From a virus, in IMG/VR virus record IMGVR_UViG_3300033442_000004, positions 56,773-120,772 of that record: a stretch of 64,000 nt of DNA; one strand, written 5' to 3'. The position numbers and the translations under genes are program-made. Below the pieces are notes generated by a model, which ran no database searches, was not told where the DNA came from, and saw only the letters and a program-made list of their open reading frames with translations. Position 1 is the first letter of the stretch. Each line of letters opens with the position of its first letter. Positions 27,753 through 39,200 of this stretch are shown in pieces.

Positions 27753-28967
27753 ATGGCGAAGTATCCGACGCGCCTGATGGACCACATCCTGGCGCCGAAT
27801 GCGACCGAGTACGAGCGGACGCTGGCTTCCCAGGTCGATCGCCTCCTTGATCTGGACATCCCGATCCGGCTGCTCTGGAACCCGTGGGAGTGTCCGGAGA
27901 ACCTGCTGCCTTACCTGGCGTGGGCTCTCTCGGTAGACCTCTGGGACTCGAGCTGGCCGATCACCAAGCGCCGCAGCGTCGTCGCCAACGCCATCAAGCA
28001 CCACCGTCTGAAGGGCACGCTGAAGGGCATCGAGACCTATCTCGATCTCATCGACAGCAAGCTCCTGCAGGCGCAGACGCCTCCGGGCACGCTGTTCTCC
28101 GGTCCATCGCTGACCAAGGAGCAGCGCGAGTCCTGGCTGCAGAAGCTGCCGCAGGTCCGAACCTGGAAGGAATGGGAGAACGCCACCGCTGACTACCGCA
28201 TGTTCATGGGTGGTTCGCGGGCGCATTGCTTCCTCAACGGCAAGTTTCCGTACCCCAACGGTGCCGCAGAGCGAACCGCTCGCCGCGCTCGGTGGGTCGT
28301 CAACGGAGCCGAGACCGACACCAAGGTGGAGAACTACGGAAGCTACTTCCGTCTCTTCATCAAAGCTCATCTGCCTTATTCGCTGTTCTGCAACACGATC
28401 GTTCGGAAGGGCAAATTTTCGATCCCTTCGACCGCCTACAAGCGGATCGTCTCGATCGAGCCGATCATGAAAGCGCCCTGGCGCAGCTCAATCAGTCCTC
28501 AGCTGGAGCCGGTACAAGCGCAACCCGACCTGGTCACTCAGGCCGGTCACGAAAATGGAAACGCAGTCTTCTCGAACCGGGTGAACTTTCACAAGTTCTA
28601 CGTCCCGTCTCGGGCCGGCTATCGTCTCTACATGCGCTATCCGGTCTACGACGCCTCGGTCGAATATCCGGCGAAGCGCCGCTCGATCCAGTTCATGGGC
28701 GTGGGACGCTATGGCGTCAAGCCGAAGACGGCCGAGCTGAAGATCTTCATGCCGACGAAGTGGAGCAGGTTCAAGGCGCGCATCAACGAGCCTTTCGTGC
28801 CTCGCACTCGCTTTTGGACGCCGCATGATGGCTCAAGAATGGCGCAGAACCGGCATGCGGTGATCGCCGCCAAGAGGCTGTCTGACCAGATCCTGCTCGA
28901 CACCAACACCAAGCCGGGGTTCATCGCCGGCCTGCCGCGTTGGGCCGGCGACGAGATCGTCATCTGA
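27753..28967 (+). CDS. Tail protein gpI-like (extended)
   Basis: WNPWECPENLLPYLAWALSVDLWD; HRLKGT. Confidence 0.88.
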   Translation: MAKYPTRLMDHILAPNATEYERTLASQVDRLLDLDIPIRLLWNPWECPENLLPYLAWALSVDLWDSSWPITKRRSVVANAIKHHRLKGTLKGIETYLDLIDSKLLQAQTPPGTLFSGPSLTKEQRESWLQKLPQVRTWKEWENATADYRMFMGGSRAHCFLNGKFPYPNGAAERTARRARWVVNGAETDTKVENYGSYFRLFIKAHLPYSLFCNTIVRKGKFSIPSTAYKRIVSIEPIMKAPWRSSISPQLEPVQAQPDLVTQAGHENGNAVFSNRVNFHKFYVPSRAGYRLYMRYPVYDASVEYPAKRRSIQFMGVGRYGVKPKTAELKIFMPTKWSRFKARINEPFVPRTRFWTPHDGSRMAQNRHAVIAAKRLSDQILLDTNTKPGFIAGLPRWAGDEIVI

Positions 28968-29043
28968 TCAAATCAACCAATGCACATGAGCCCATTGTCC
29001 CCGAGGACAGTGGGCTTTTTCGTGCGTCAACAAGAGGCCCGCA

Positions 29044-31311
29044 ATGGACCGCAAAGTTAGATTCCGCGACTATCAGGAACAGGTCGCGACCGACCACAAC
29101 AACCTGCAGGACTATGTGCAGCAGGCGATGGACAACATCGTGTCGGACGCCGTCAGCGCAACCCGGAAGTATTCGGGCCTGATGGTCACCAAGACCGGCC
29201 AGGTCGAAGTCACGGTCGGCCAGGGTCGCGTTTACGACATGGGCGCCGTCTTCGGTCGCCGGGCGGTCCTGACGCAGTCGGTTGCCACCTACGTGGCCGC
29301 CGCAGCCCGCCGCATCGTCACCGTGTCGGCCTATGGCCAGGAAACGGAAACGGACATCGAGACCCGCGACTATCTGACCGACGTCGACACCGGCACGGTC
29401 GAGCCCCGCGCCGTGTCCATGACCGAGTCCCGCGACGCGCAGCTGGTCTTCACGGCCGGCGCTGAAGCTGCGGACCCTGTCCCTCCGGCGGTGCCAGCGA
29501 CTCACGTCGTGATCGCCAACATCATGTTGGACACCACGCAGATCATCTCGATCGACATGCAGGATCAGAACCAGGTCGTCTCGACCGACGCTCTGGACAT
29601 CCGGACCGACATGCTCGAAACCTTCCGGTCGATGATCGAGCCGCGAGTCACCTCGCTGGCGTCCGACTTGGCCGACCTCGCGAACCGCGTGAAGGGCCTG
29701 GCTGATCAGTCCGACCTCTCCCGGGTCTACCTGGACCTGGCCCGCGTGAAGGAAAGCCTGCGTTATCCGGACGACGCTTCCGGCTTCGACGCCGACTTCT
29801 TCCTGATGCCGAACAAGTCGGACTACAACAACACGCTGTTGCTCGGCTACGACGCAAAGGTCGAGGAGGGCATCCGCTTCAACGACGCCAACAAGAACCA
29901 GTTCGAGATCTCGCTGTTCTCGGCGAACGACCCGAACGCCTCGCTGGCCGGCGGCTACCTGATGCCGAAGTACGTCAACGTGCTGAAGATCCAGACTGGT
30001 GCCTACACCTCGTCGCTCGGCATCGCGCAGTACGGCTACCAGGTGCATTCGATGCAGGTCGGCTACATGGCCCGCTCGCGCGTCCGCTACGGCGGCAGCT
30101 ATACGGTCTGCACCAACGGCAACAACTTCAGCACCCCCGGTGAAGCGGTCGACACCACCAACCTGTACGACTTCAACACCACCGAGTTCACGACCGTCCA
30201 GAGCAACCCGGCGTCCTGGGATCATCCCTACGCCTGGACGCGAACGGACTACTACTGGCTCGACACCTGGCAAGAGCCGTTCATGTACGAGATCACGACT
30301 GATCTCGCGATCACTGGCGCTCAGGTGGCTCAGACCTTCCTGGTCTCGAACGACATCATCGCCACCCAGCTCGGCTTCTACATCACGGCCAAGGCCGCGA
30401 ACGAAGACATCCACCTCGCGCTCTGCGAAGTGACGGCTGGTATGCCTGACCTCACCAAGGTCTGTCTCAAGACGACCTACCCGCACTCCAGCATCGGCAC
30501 GGGTTGGAACGTCTGTCCGATCCAGCCGACCTTCCTCGGGAAGGGCAAGCGCTACGCCCTCGTGTTCATCTCGAATGCGAACCACCAGGTCGGCATGACC
30601 TCGGGTCAGTCCTATTTGGATGGCACGTTCTTCTACTCGACGGACGGCATCTACTACATGGGCGACCTGACCAAGGACATGATGATCCAGGTCTACGGCG
30701 CCGCGTTCCCGTCCTCTCAGGTCGCGATCGAGTTCGCTCCGATCAACCTCGACGGCGGATTCCGGGATATCGACATCCTGGCTGAAATGTGGGTTCCGGG
30801 TTCGTGCCAGCTGGTCTTCGAGATGCGGCCGAACGGCACCGGTCAGTGGCAGCCGCTGATCGCGGACAATGCCGGCATCCTCGCCGTCGCTCCGCCGCTG
30901 GCTCAGTTCCGGGCTCGCTTCATCGGCACGCAGGACATGCAGCCGATCCTGCATCTGACCGGATCTCGCGTCACGGTCTCTCGGCCGAAGACGGTTTTCA
31001 AGCACGTCTCGACGAAGATGACGGTGCCGGCGATGTCGGCCAGCGCGAACAACCTGACGTTCGTGAACCTGCTCGAAATGTTCGACCCGACGCCGCACAC
31101 CTACAACATGACGGTTCGGGTTGGTTCGACGGACTACACGCCGAACGCGACCGTCACCGAGCTGAAGGATGCGACCGCGAAGCGCTACCAGAAGACTTAC
31201 ACGTTCAGTCTCCCGGCCGGCACGACGCAGTTCACCATCGTCCAGAACGGAACGACCAACTCTCCGCAGGTCACGTACCACGTCGCCGAGCGGACGTTCT
31301 ACACCAAGTAA
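29044..31311 (+). CDS. Large baseplate/tail structural protein
   Basis: 755 aa, between gpI and the tail fibre; family not recognised. Confidence 0.7.
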   Translation: MDRKVRFRDYQEQVATDHNNLQDYVQQAMDNIVSDAVSATRKYSGLMVTKTGQVEVTVGQGRVYDMGAVFGRRAVLTQSVATYVAAAARRIVTVSAYGQETETDIETRDYLTDVDTGTVEPRAVSMTESRDAQLVFTAGAEAADPVPPAVPATHVVIANIMLDTTQIISIDMQDQNQVVSTDALDIRTDMLETFRSMIEPRVTSLASDLADLANRVKGLADQSDLSRVYLDLARVKESLRYPDDASGFDADFFLMPNKSDYNNTLLLGYDAKVEEGIRFNDANKNQFEISLFSANDPNASLAGGYLMPKYVNVLKIQTGAYTSSLGIAQYGYQVHSMQVGYMARSRVRYGGSYTVCTNGNNFSTPGEAVDTTNLYDFNTTEFTTVQSNPASWDHPYAWTRTDYYWLDTWQEPFMYEITTDLAITGAQVAQTFLVSNDIIATQLGFYITAKAANEDIHLALCEVTAGMPDLTKVCLKTTYPHSSIGTGWNVCPIQPTFLGKGKRYALVFISNANHQVGMTSGQSYLDGTFFYSTDGIYYMGDLTKDMMIQVYGAAFPSSQVAIEFAPINLDGGFRDIDILAEMWVPGSCQLVFEMRPNGTGQWQPLIADNAGILAVAPPLAQFRARFIGTQDMQPILHLTGSRVTVSRPKTVFKHVSTKMTVPAMSASANNLTFVNLLEMFDPTPHTYNMTVRVGSTDYTPNATVTELKDATAKRYQKTYTFSLPAGTTQFTIVQNGTTNSPQVTYHVAERTFYTK

Positions 31312-31323
31312 GGAATCCACTTC

Positions 31324-31515
31324 ATGGCAGACAACGAAAACGGGGCCGCTCCGGCGGCTCCGAGCATCGATCCGGACAAGAGCTATCGTCTGACGCTCGG
31401 CCGGGCGGTCGAAATCGCTCCCAAGATCTGGGCGCGTCCCGGAAGCGACGTGGTCGTCAAGGGTTCGCTGATCGCCGACTACGGCGATGCGGTCACCAGC
31501 TACGAAGAGGTCTAA
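31324..31515 (+). CDS. Small hypothetical protein
   Basis: ORF in tail operon. Confidence 0.6.
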   Translation: MADNENGAAPAAPSIDPDKSYRLTLGRAVEIAPKIWARPGSDVVVKGSLIADYGDAVTSYEEV

Positions 31516-31518
31516 GAC

Positions 31519-33021
31519 GTGGCTCGCCGGTTTGATCAGATTTACCGGGTAAAGCCGAGGGACAACCTCGGCGACCCCGAATATTGGAACCGGCGTTTCG
31601 ATGACATCGATCGCCGCGTTTCTTCGAACGAAGACGAACTCGATGCCATCGACGGCCTGACCGCCTACATCGAGGGTCTGGCCCTCAATCGGCTGGACCT
31701 GGTTCTGGCGCCGGCACTCGACAAGATCGCGCTGGTGTCGGAGCAGGGGTTCTTGCTTGCTCACTCCAATTCCGAGGTGACGCTGGATGTGAACACCACC
31801 CAGGTGTTCGCGATCCCCGATCTGGCGGAGCGCGAGCTGTTCGCGCCGTCGCCGTTCGTCACCATCGTTCGCAAGGGCAGTCAGACCGACTATGCCTTCG
31901 CTGAGCTGGTCGAGTGGGACCGAGACGCCGGACAGCTGACGCTGCTTCCGAGGGCGATCTTCGGCAATCCCGGCCCGTTCATCGACTGGGAAATCTACGT
32001 CGGCACCGCCATCCAGCAGGCGGTCATCGACACCCTCGCTCAGTGCGAGGCGGCCCGAGACCTGGCGCTTCAGTATAAGGCGAACACGGCTGCCGACGCG
32101 GCTTCAACTGCTGCTGATCGGACGGCTGTCGGCCTGATGAAGGGCGACACGCTGGCGGCCCGAGACCTTGCTCAGTCGTATGCAGCCGCGGCCCAGACCT
32201 GGGATCCTTCGCTCTACTACTCGAAGGTGACGGTCGACGCGACCTTCGTTGCTTTCGGCGTTGCTCAGGGATTGAGCGCGGCCCAGCAGGATCAGGCCCG
32301 GAAGAACATCGGCATTCTCCAGCAGCAGGCGATCGCTTCGGGGGTCAACTGGAACACCATCATCGCCCCGGGCACCTACTACAGCACTGTGCCGAACAAC
32401 ACCAACGCCCCGGCATCGGGGTATTGGTACCTCAGCGTTGAGTCCTACGGGTCCAGCCCGACTCACTATGCGGTTCAGCGAGCAATCCAGCTCGACACGA
32501 ACACCGCCGTCATCATGTACATCCGCGTCTTTGCGTCCGACATCTGGACGCCGTGGCGCCGGGTCATGATGGGGGTCAACAACCTCTCCGACGTCGACAA
32601 CGCCGCGCAAGCACGGGCGAACATCGGCGCGCAGGCGACCCTGGGCTACACGCCGGCCAACAAGGCTGGTGACGCCTTCACCGGCAACGTCTCGACGTCC
32701 GGCAGTTTCATCGCGACCGGCTATGTCTGGTCCTATGGTGGCGTCTGCTATCTCAACTCGGGCGGAACGGCATACATCCAAGCCCAGGGCGGCGGCAGCT
32801 ATTACCTTGGCAGCGGTGGCGTCATCTGGCACACCGGAAACATCAACCCGGTCATCAGCATGAGAGCGGTGTACGCGGGAGATTACACCGGATCGTCCAT
32901 CACCGAGCCGTTCGGCGGTTCTGCTGTCTGCACCTGTGCGATCATGGGTGCCTCGCGATACCGCTATCACCAGTATCAGCTTGCCAGTGGCGGTTGGTTC
33001 AACTTCACGGAAGTGACATAA
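31519..33021 (+). CDS. Tail fibre protein
   Basis: QQDQARKNIG, NNLSDV..AAQARANIG, GYTPANKAGD and WH.GN motifs; knob-like domain. Confidence 0.85.
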   Translation: MARRFDQIYRVKPRDNLGDPEYWNRRFDDIDRRVSSNEDELDAIDGLTAYIEGLALNRLDLVLAPALDKIALVSEQGFLLAHSNSEVTLDVNTTQVFAIPDLAERELFAPSPFVTIVRKGSQTDYAFAELVEWDRDAGQLTLLPRAIFGNPGPFIDWEIYVGTAIQQAVIDTLAQCEAARDLALQYKANTAADAASTAADRTAVGLMKGDTLAARDLAQSYAAAAQTWDPSLYYSKVTVDATFVAFGVAQGLSAAQQDQARKNIGILQQQAIASGVNWNTIIAPGTYYSTVPNNTNAPASGYWYLSVESYGSSPTHYAVQRAIQLDTNTAVIMYIRVFASDIWTPWRRVMMGVNNLSDVDNAAQARANIGAQATLGYTPANKAGDAFTGNVSTSGSFIATGYVWSYGGVCYLNSGGTAYIQAQGGGSYYLGSGGVIWHTGNINPVISMRAVYAGDYTGSSITEPFGGSAVCTCAIMGASRYRYHQYQLASGGWFNFTEVT

Positions 33022-33031
33022 GGCATCCGGC

Positions 33032-33607
33032 ATGGAGATCATCAATCACGGGACGTGGTCTGGCTATGTGCCAGACCCTTACCCGGCTAACCTTCCGCCC
33101 AACATATCGTTCGCCAAGAACGACGTGAGCGGGCGGGATTGGTACGACGCACTCTATAGTGAGACGCCGCTCTGCGCAGCCGACAGCGTCAAGGTCACCG
33201 CGACGAAAGAGGCTGATGGCTCTTGGCGCCTGCAGGCAGCGAGCGTCGATGCGACCCGCGTCTTTCCGCATAGTCAGCTACTGATCGAGATCATCGGCTA
33301 CGCCGGCACAAATCCGCAGGCCGACTTCGGTCAGAAGAGGTACGACGCGGCGACCAACACGATCTCGGAGTTCCAGAAGCCCCCGCGCTCTGTGACTCCG
33401 CGTCAGATCAGGTTGGCGCTCAACCAGATCGGCTTGCGTCAGCAGGTCGAGGACTGGGTCAAGAGCCAGGATCAGGACACCCAAGACAACTGGAGCTACG
33501 CGACTGAATTTGTCGAGGACAATCCGCTGCTCGTCGCCTGCGTCGCCGCCGTTGGAAAGACGGAAGCTGACAAGACGGCGCTCTTCGATTTGGCGCTGAC
33601 GCTCTAA
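33032..33607 (+). CDS. Tail fibre assembly protein
   Basis: Follows the fibre; GRDWY N-domain plus VTPRQIRLAL C-domain. Confidence 0.75.
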   Translation: MEIINHGTWSGYVPDPYPANLPPNISFAKNDVSGRDWYDALYSETPLCAADSVKVTATKEADGSWRLQAASVDATRVFPHSQLLIEIIGYAGTNPQADFGQKRYDAATNTISEFQKPPRSVTPRQIRLALNQIGLRQQVEDWVKSQDQDTQDNWSYATEFVEDNPLLVACVAAVGKTEADKTALFDLALTL

Positions 33608-33675
33608 GCCGACCAACCATCACCAACACTCTTCAGGCCGCTCCGAACAGGGCGGCCTTTTCTTTTGGAGAACCC

Positions 33676-35112
33676 ATGACTGTTCAATACCTCCACGGCC
33701 TCGAGACGATCGAACTCGACAGCCCTTCCGGTCCGGTTGAGACCGTCAAGTCGAACGTGATCGGCTTGGTCGGCACGGCGCCGGACGCTGACCCGGATAT
33801 CTTCCCGCTCAACACTCCAGTGGCTGTCTTCGCCGACGCACTGAAGGCGGGTCAGCTGAAGTCCACCGGCACGCTGCTCGATGCGGTCGACGCCATCTAC
33901 AGCCAGAAGTCGGCTGTGATCGTCGTGACCCGTGTCGCCGAGGGCGAGAGCCAGGAAGAGAGCTGGTCGAATGCGGTCGGTTCGCCGACTGGCAAGACCG
34001 GCGTCTGGTCGCTGCTGAAGGCGCGTCCGATGCTCCAGGTCGTGCCGAAGCTGCTCGTCGCGCCGGGTCTGACCGGCGGTCGCCCGACCAACGGTCTCCG
34101 CAACCTCGTGATCGGCGATCAGGGCACCGGCTACATCCTCGCCACCACGAACATCGTCGTGCAGGCTCCCCCGGCCGGCGGTCGTCAGGCGACGGCGGTG
34201 GCCCAGGTGGTCGGCGGCAAGCTGACCGGCGCGATCATCACCGACCCGGGCTACGGCTACACCGATCCCCCGACCGTGACCGTCACGGGCGCAGGCGCGG
34301 GCGCAACGATCACCGCGACCCTCGGTCACGTCGCCAATCCGGTCGGCGTCTCCTTCGCCTCGATCGTCGACCGCCTCCGTGCGGTGGCGTTCCTGGACGG
34401 CCCCGGCACCTCGTATGAAGACGCGGTCGAGTATCGCGGCGACTACGGCAGCCAGCGCATCTCGATCATCGATCCGGGCGTGCTGAGCTGGGATACCGAG
34501 AACTCCGTCTACGTGCAGAAGCCTGCTTCGGCCTACGCGGCCGGCATCCAGGCCCGCGTCGATGAGGAGCGTGGCTTCTGGTACTCGTTCTCGAACGAGC
34601 TGATCCAGAACATCGGCGGCCCGGCCCGTCCGGTCGACTTCATGCCGAACGACCGCGACTGCGAAGCGAACATGCTGAACAGCCAGCAGATCACCACCGT
34701 CATCCACGACGATGGCTTCCGCTTTTGGGGCGTTCGCGGCACCGGCACCGACCCGCTCTGGGCGCACCTCTCGGTCCGCCGCACCGCGGACATGGTGTAC
34801 GAGAGCCTGGAGCGCGCCGAGCGCAGCCGAATGGATAAGCCGTTCAGCCTGCAGCTGCTCGCCGACATCCAGCTCGACGTCAATTCCTACCTCCGACTGC
34901 TCCGCTCCCGCGGCGCGCTGATCGGCGGCAAGTGCTGGATCGACCCGAGCATCAACACCCCGGCGACCTTCGCTGCGGGCGAGCTGTCGGTCGACTTCGA
35001 TCTCGAACCGCCGGCGCTCCTGGAGCACCTGCAGTTCCGCGCTCGCCGCAACCCGCAGTACTACGTCGACTTCATCGAAGAGTTCAATCGGTCGATCGCC
35101 GCCAACGGCTAA
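33676..35112 (+). CDS. Tail sheath protein
   Basis: YLHGLETIE, VIGLVGTAP, GFWYSFSN, GFRFWG.R, VRRTAD. Confidence 0.95.
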   Translation: MTVQYLHGLETIELDSPSGPVETVKSNVIGLVGTAPDADPDIFPLNTPVAVFADALKAGQLKSTGTLLDAVDAIYSQKSAVIVVTRVAEGESQEESWSNAVGSPTGKTGVWSLLKARPMLQVVPKLLVAPGLTGGRPTNGLRNLVIGDQGTGYILATTNIVVQAPPAGGRQATAVAQVVGGKLTGAIITDPGYGYTDPPTVTVTGAGAGATITATLGHVANPVGVSFASIVDRLRAVAFLDGPGTSYEDAVEYRGDYGSQRISIIDPGVLSWDTENSVYVQKPASAYAAGIQARVDEERGFWYSFSNELIQNIGGPARPVDFMPNDRDCEANMLNSQQITTVIHDDGFRFWGVRGTGTDPLWAHLSVRRTADMVYESLERAERSRMDKPFSLQLLADIQLDVNSYLRLLRSRGALIGGKCWIDPSINTPATFAAGELSVDFDLEPPALLEHLQFRARRNPQYYVDFIEEFNRSIAANG

Positions 35113-35203
35113 GCCGTAGCACTCCAACAACAACCCAAAAGAGCCAACCGAGCCGCTCGATCCCCCGTGGATCGGGCGCGCTTCGGCGTGGCCGGAGAGA
35201 TAA

Positions 35204-35734
35204 ATGACCACGAGCAATCTTCGCGACTCCAACATTCTCCAGGACTTCGCCGTCTGGATCGACGGCGTCGGCAAGATCGGCGAAGCGCCGAACTTCCAGC
35301 CGCCCGAGATCAACATCGCCGTGGAAGAGTTCCGCGGCGGCGGAATGGACGGCACCGTCGAAATTCCGTTCGGCATCGAAAAGATCGAGTTCGACTTCAC
35401 GCTGCATACGTGGGACGAGCAGATCTGGACGAAGCTGGGCTACGGCCCGGGTTCGCTCGATGTGCCGATCACGTTCCGCGGCTACCTGCTCACCCCGGGC
35501 GGCGGCGACAAGGGCGTGGTTATCACCACGCTGTGCCTGGTGAAGGCGATCAAGACGGGCAAGGCGGAAGCCGGCAAGAAGGTCGAAATGACCATCAACG
35601 TCTGCGCCAACTACTACCAGCACAACATCGACGGCAATGTCGTCGCTGAAATCGACGTCTTCAACAAGGTCACCATGATCGGTGGCGTCGACAAGAGCGC
35701 GAACGCGCGCCGGATCCTCGGCTTCACCTCCTAA
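35204..35734 (+). CDS. Tail tube protein (P2 FII-like)
   Basis: EEFRGGGMDG, EIDVFN...IGGVD. Confidence 0.93.
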   Translation: MTTSNLRDSNILQDFAVWIDGVGKIGEAPNFQPPEINIAVEEFRGGGMDGTVEIPFGIEKIEFDFTLHTWDEQIWTKLGYGPGSLDVPITFRGYLLTPGGGDKGVVITTLCLVKAIKTGKAEAGKKVEMTINVCANYYQHNIDGNVVAEIDVFNKVTMIGGVDKSANARRILGFTS

Positions 35735-35816
35735 GGCTCAGCCAGGCTCCCAACTCAAGGCCCTGCCATCCGGCGGGGCCTTTTTCTTTTTCCCACAGCA
35801 ATAGGTGTGCAAACCA

Positions 35817-36092
35817 ATGGCAAACGAAATCAAGCAGGAAACCTTCAACCTCTCCCATCCCTTCGAGTACCGCGGTGCGACGTACGTCGAGATGAAGGCT
35901 CGCCGCCCGAAGGTGCGCGACCTCCGCAACTTCATCAAGAACATGGAGAAGGACGCAATCGCCGCGATGGAGAAGGTGCTCGCGGATCTCTGCGAGGTCG
36001 ACGAGAAGGTGATCTCCGAGATCGACGTCGAAGACTTCGCGCCCATGAAGAAGTGGTTCGAAGATTTTTTGAAGCCCATGGCGAGCGAATAA
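35817..36092 (+). CDS. Tail assembly chaperone (gpE-like)
   Basis: RRPKVRDL, LADLC, ID.EDF; between tube and tape measure. Confidence 0.85.
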   Translation: MANEIKQETFNLSHPFEYRGATYVEMKARRPKVRDLRNFIKNMEKDAIAAMEKVLADLCEVDEKVISEIDVEDFAPMKKWFEDFLKPMASE

Positions 36093-36253
36093 GCCGCATC
36101 ATCGCCGACGCATTCCCGGTCTTCGAGCGCTTCCACTGGACGCTCGAAACCGTGGATCGAATGGACTTCGACGACTTCATCCTCGTCGCTGACGGCGTCC
36201 AAGCACTCAATCAACGAGACGCCGAAGCAATCAAAGCTGCCCAGGGCAAATAG
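36065..36253 (+). other. -1 programmed frameshift extension (gpE'-like)
   Basis: TTTTTTG slippery site at 36065-36071; the -1 frame encodes ...FHWTLETVDRMDFDDF... Confidence 0.8.
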
Positions 36254-36294
36254 CGCCCTGGGTCTTTTCTTTTGCGCATAGCCAGGGAGCTGCA

Positions 36295-39200
36295 ATGGCC
36301 GACGAACACATGAAGATGATTGCCGAGCTGGAGTTTCGCTCCAGCGGCTCGGCGACCATCGCAGCTCTGCAGGCGAAGATTAAGGCTCTCAAGGAGCAGA
36401 TCAACAAGAGCTTCGCGAAGAACGCCATAACGACGCCGATCGTGTCGCCCCAGCTGATGAAGGATCTGCAGGGGACCGGCAAGGCCATCAACGGCCTGAC
36501 CAAGAAATACATCGACATGGCCAAGGAGGCGCGCGAGCTGGGCCAGATGAACGCGCGTGTCTACAAAGGCATGCAGCGAGACATCCAGGCGCACGCGCGG
36601 GCCTGGAAGAAGGCATCGGGCGACCAGAAGGACGACCTCGCCAAGTCGCTGAAGGAAAAGATCAAGTATCACCAGGCCTATCGGTCGGTCTACAACAAGG
36701 AAAACCAGCGCGTCTTGGGCATGACGGCGGCTCTGAATAGGGCAGAGACCGATCTGCACCTTGCCAAATGGCGCAATAGGGAACGGATTGATCGTCAGCA
36801 GCGCGCAGCCGCGCTACGATCTCGCGCCGCGTTTGCCGCATCCATGCGCACCGTCGCGGGATCAGTCCGTAGCGGCGGTTTCCAGGCTGGACTCATCGGC
36901 GGCGCATTGGCGTATGGCACCGGGCGGGCGGTCAGCTCGTCGATCCGATCGGCCACCGACATGGATCGTGCGGAAGCCAACGCCCGCATCAATATGGATG
37001 AGAAGCAGATCCCTGGCGGTTTCGCCGGTCTGCGTGAGCGCATCCTGCCGAAGTCCGTTCAGCTGGGTCAGGACCCGGCCCGGTACATGCAGACCGTGGT
37101 CGAAGCGGCCAAGGCCGGCGTCCCGGAAAACATGTCTGAGCAGACCGGCGAGATGGTCACCATGCTCGCCAAGACGTTCGGCGTCGAGGTGGACCAGGCC
37201 ATGGACGGCATGGGCTACGCGATCGCGCAGGAATTTGGTGCCGGTCGATTGAAGGACATGAGTGGTGTCCGTCGCCTCGGCAACATCGCCGCGTTCCTGT
37301 CGGCAAAGACCGCCGCTCGCCCCGACCAGATGTTCTCGTTCCTCCGCACCGGTATGGGTTCCGGCGCGCTGTTGGGCATGAACCAGCAGTCGACGTTGGC
37401 GTTCGGCGCCTCGGCCATCCAGGCCGGTGCTCAGGGCCAGCAAGCCGCTCGATTCCTAGGCAGCCTCGGTGAGACGCTCGCTGAGTTGACGATGGAAGCG
37501 AACGCGATCACCAAGAAGCATCATCGGTCCGAGAAGGACCGGCTGTTCATGAGCCTTCCCGGTCAGCTGGGGTATGGCTCGTACGGCGAAATCGAGCAGA
37601 AGCTGAAGAAGGATCCCAACAAGGGTATCTTCGACCTGATCAGCTCGTTCCAGAAGATCAAGGCGCCGCTCGATCGGCAGAAGGCGATGTCGGCAATGTT
37701 CGGCGCCGACTTCGGTCGGTTCCTGGCTAACATGATCGCATCTCCCGAGATGCTCAAGCGCACGAAGGAGCTGGCGGAGCAGGCAGCAAACCAGACTGAA
37801 GGCAACGACTTCATCAGCGAAGCGTGGGGCGAGTACAGCAAGAGCCTTGAGTTCTTGATGGGCCGCATCGGCGCCACCTGGAAGGTAATCAAGACCGAGC
37901 TGGGTACGACGTTCAAGCCGTTCGTCGAGCAGCTCAGCCTATACATCTCTGACTGGTACAACGCGGTCAAGACCGGCGGCATGAAGGACAAGCTCACCGC
38001 CGTCCTGAACGGACTGACGGAAGGCTTCCTCGGTAGACCTGGCACGTTCCGCGACCTGCTGGAGCAGATGTTCGGAAAGCCCGGCGAGGGCGGTCTCGGC
38101 AAGACCGAGACCTACTTCAAGTTCGCCCGCGGCCTTGCCACCGGCCTGCGCGAAGTCGGGGAAATGATCTCCAACGTCATGTCGAAGCTGGCGGCCTACT
38201 TCGGCGCCAACGGCGATGCAGAGGCGATGGGCCGCTTCACGGCGAAGATCATCGCTCTGGTCGGAGCGCTCGTCATCCTGGGTCCGGTCATCTCGGTCCT
38301 GTCCTCGTTCGTGACACTGGTGGGCGCCCTGGCCGCGATCTTCGGATCACCGGCACTCGCTGCCGGCGTCGCAACGGCGCTCCAGAACTCGGGCGTCAAG
38401 AAGTCGAGGATCAGGGAGAAGGGCGAGTCCTACGAGCACTGGCAAAACCGGATCGCCGAAGACAAGGCGGCTCGCGTCCAGAAGCAGTCCGGCTCGGGAT
38501 TCAACCCGGCCGACGTCCACCCGATGAACTATCTGGGTGAGAAGCTCGACAAGTTCGGCGGTAAGATCGAACGAGCTTCGCTCATGAGCACCGACTTCAG
38601 CGCTATGCGGCGCGGCGGCGGTCTCGGCTACGCCTACGAAGGTGCCGGCTCCTCTTTGGCTGGCAGCGGAGGCGGCAGCGGCATGCGTCTGCTCAGCGGC
38701 GTCGGCACTCCCGACGCCCTGATCAAGAACGTCACGCCTGGCGGCTCGCTCCCGAACTTCGGTGTCGGGACGGGCGGCATCATCGGTCGTGGTGGAAGGG
38801 TTAGCTCCGGTGTCGGCAGTGCTCCAGATGTGGGGACCAGCGTCCCAGCTGGCGGACCGGCTGACATGAGCGTCGGGCAAGGCCTCGGCGGAAGCGCCTT
38901 CCTCCAGGCTCGGCGCGCTCGCTTCGAGCAAGAGCTGAAGGACGATCCGACCCTGAGAATGCACCTCGCTGCAATGCAGGCGACCGAGGGCGCGAGCAGG
39001 GGCGGAACGATCGAAAGCCTCATGAACCGTGCGGACATGCAGGGCAAGACCATGCGTCAGATGCTCGGCTACAGCGCCGATGGCCGGATCAACCCGAGGA
39101 GCTTCTACGGACCCATCCGTCGAGGCGAACTTGGGCCGACGATCGCGCGACTGAAGCGCAATCCCACGGAGTTCGCGAAGTACGACGCGCTCACGAACCG

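Noticed and set aside
28960-31764. Long antisense ORFs (also 17880-19592, 33604-35400, 44523-46274, 62831-63910)
   Set aside because: Shadows of high-GC3 genes on the opposite strand, with no recognisable motifs.
12640-33530. Diversity-generating retroelement TR/VR pair (12640-12780 versus 33392-33530)
   Set aside because: Differences are not restricted to adenines, both copies are coding, and there is no reverse transcriptase in the window.
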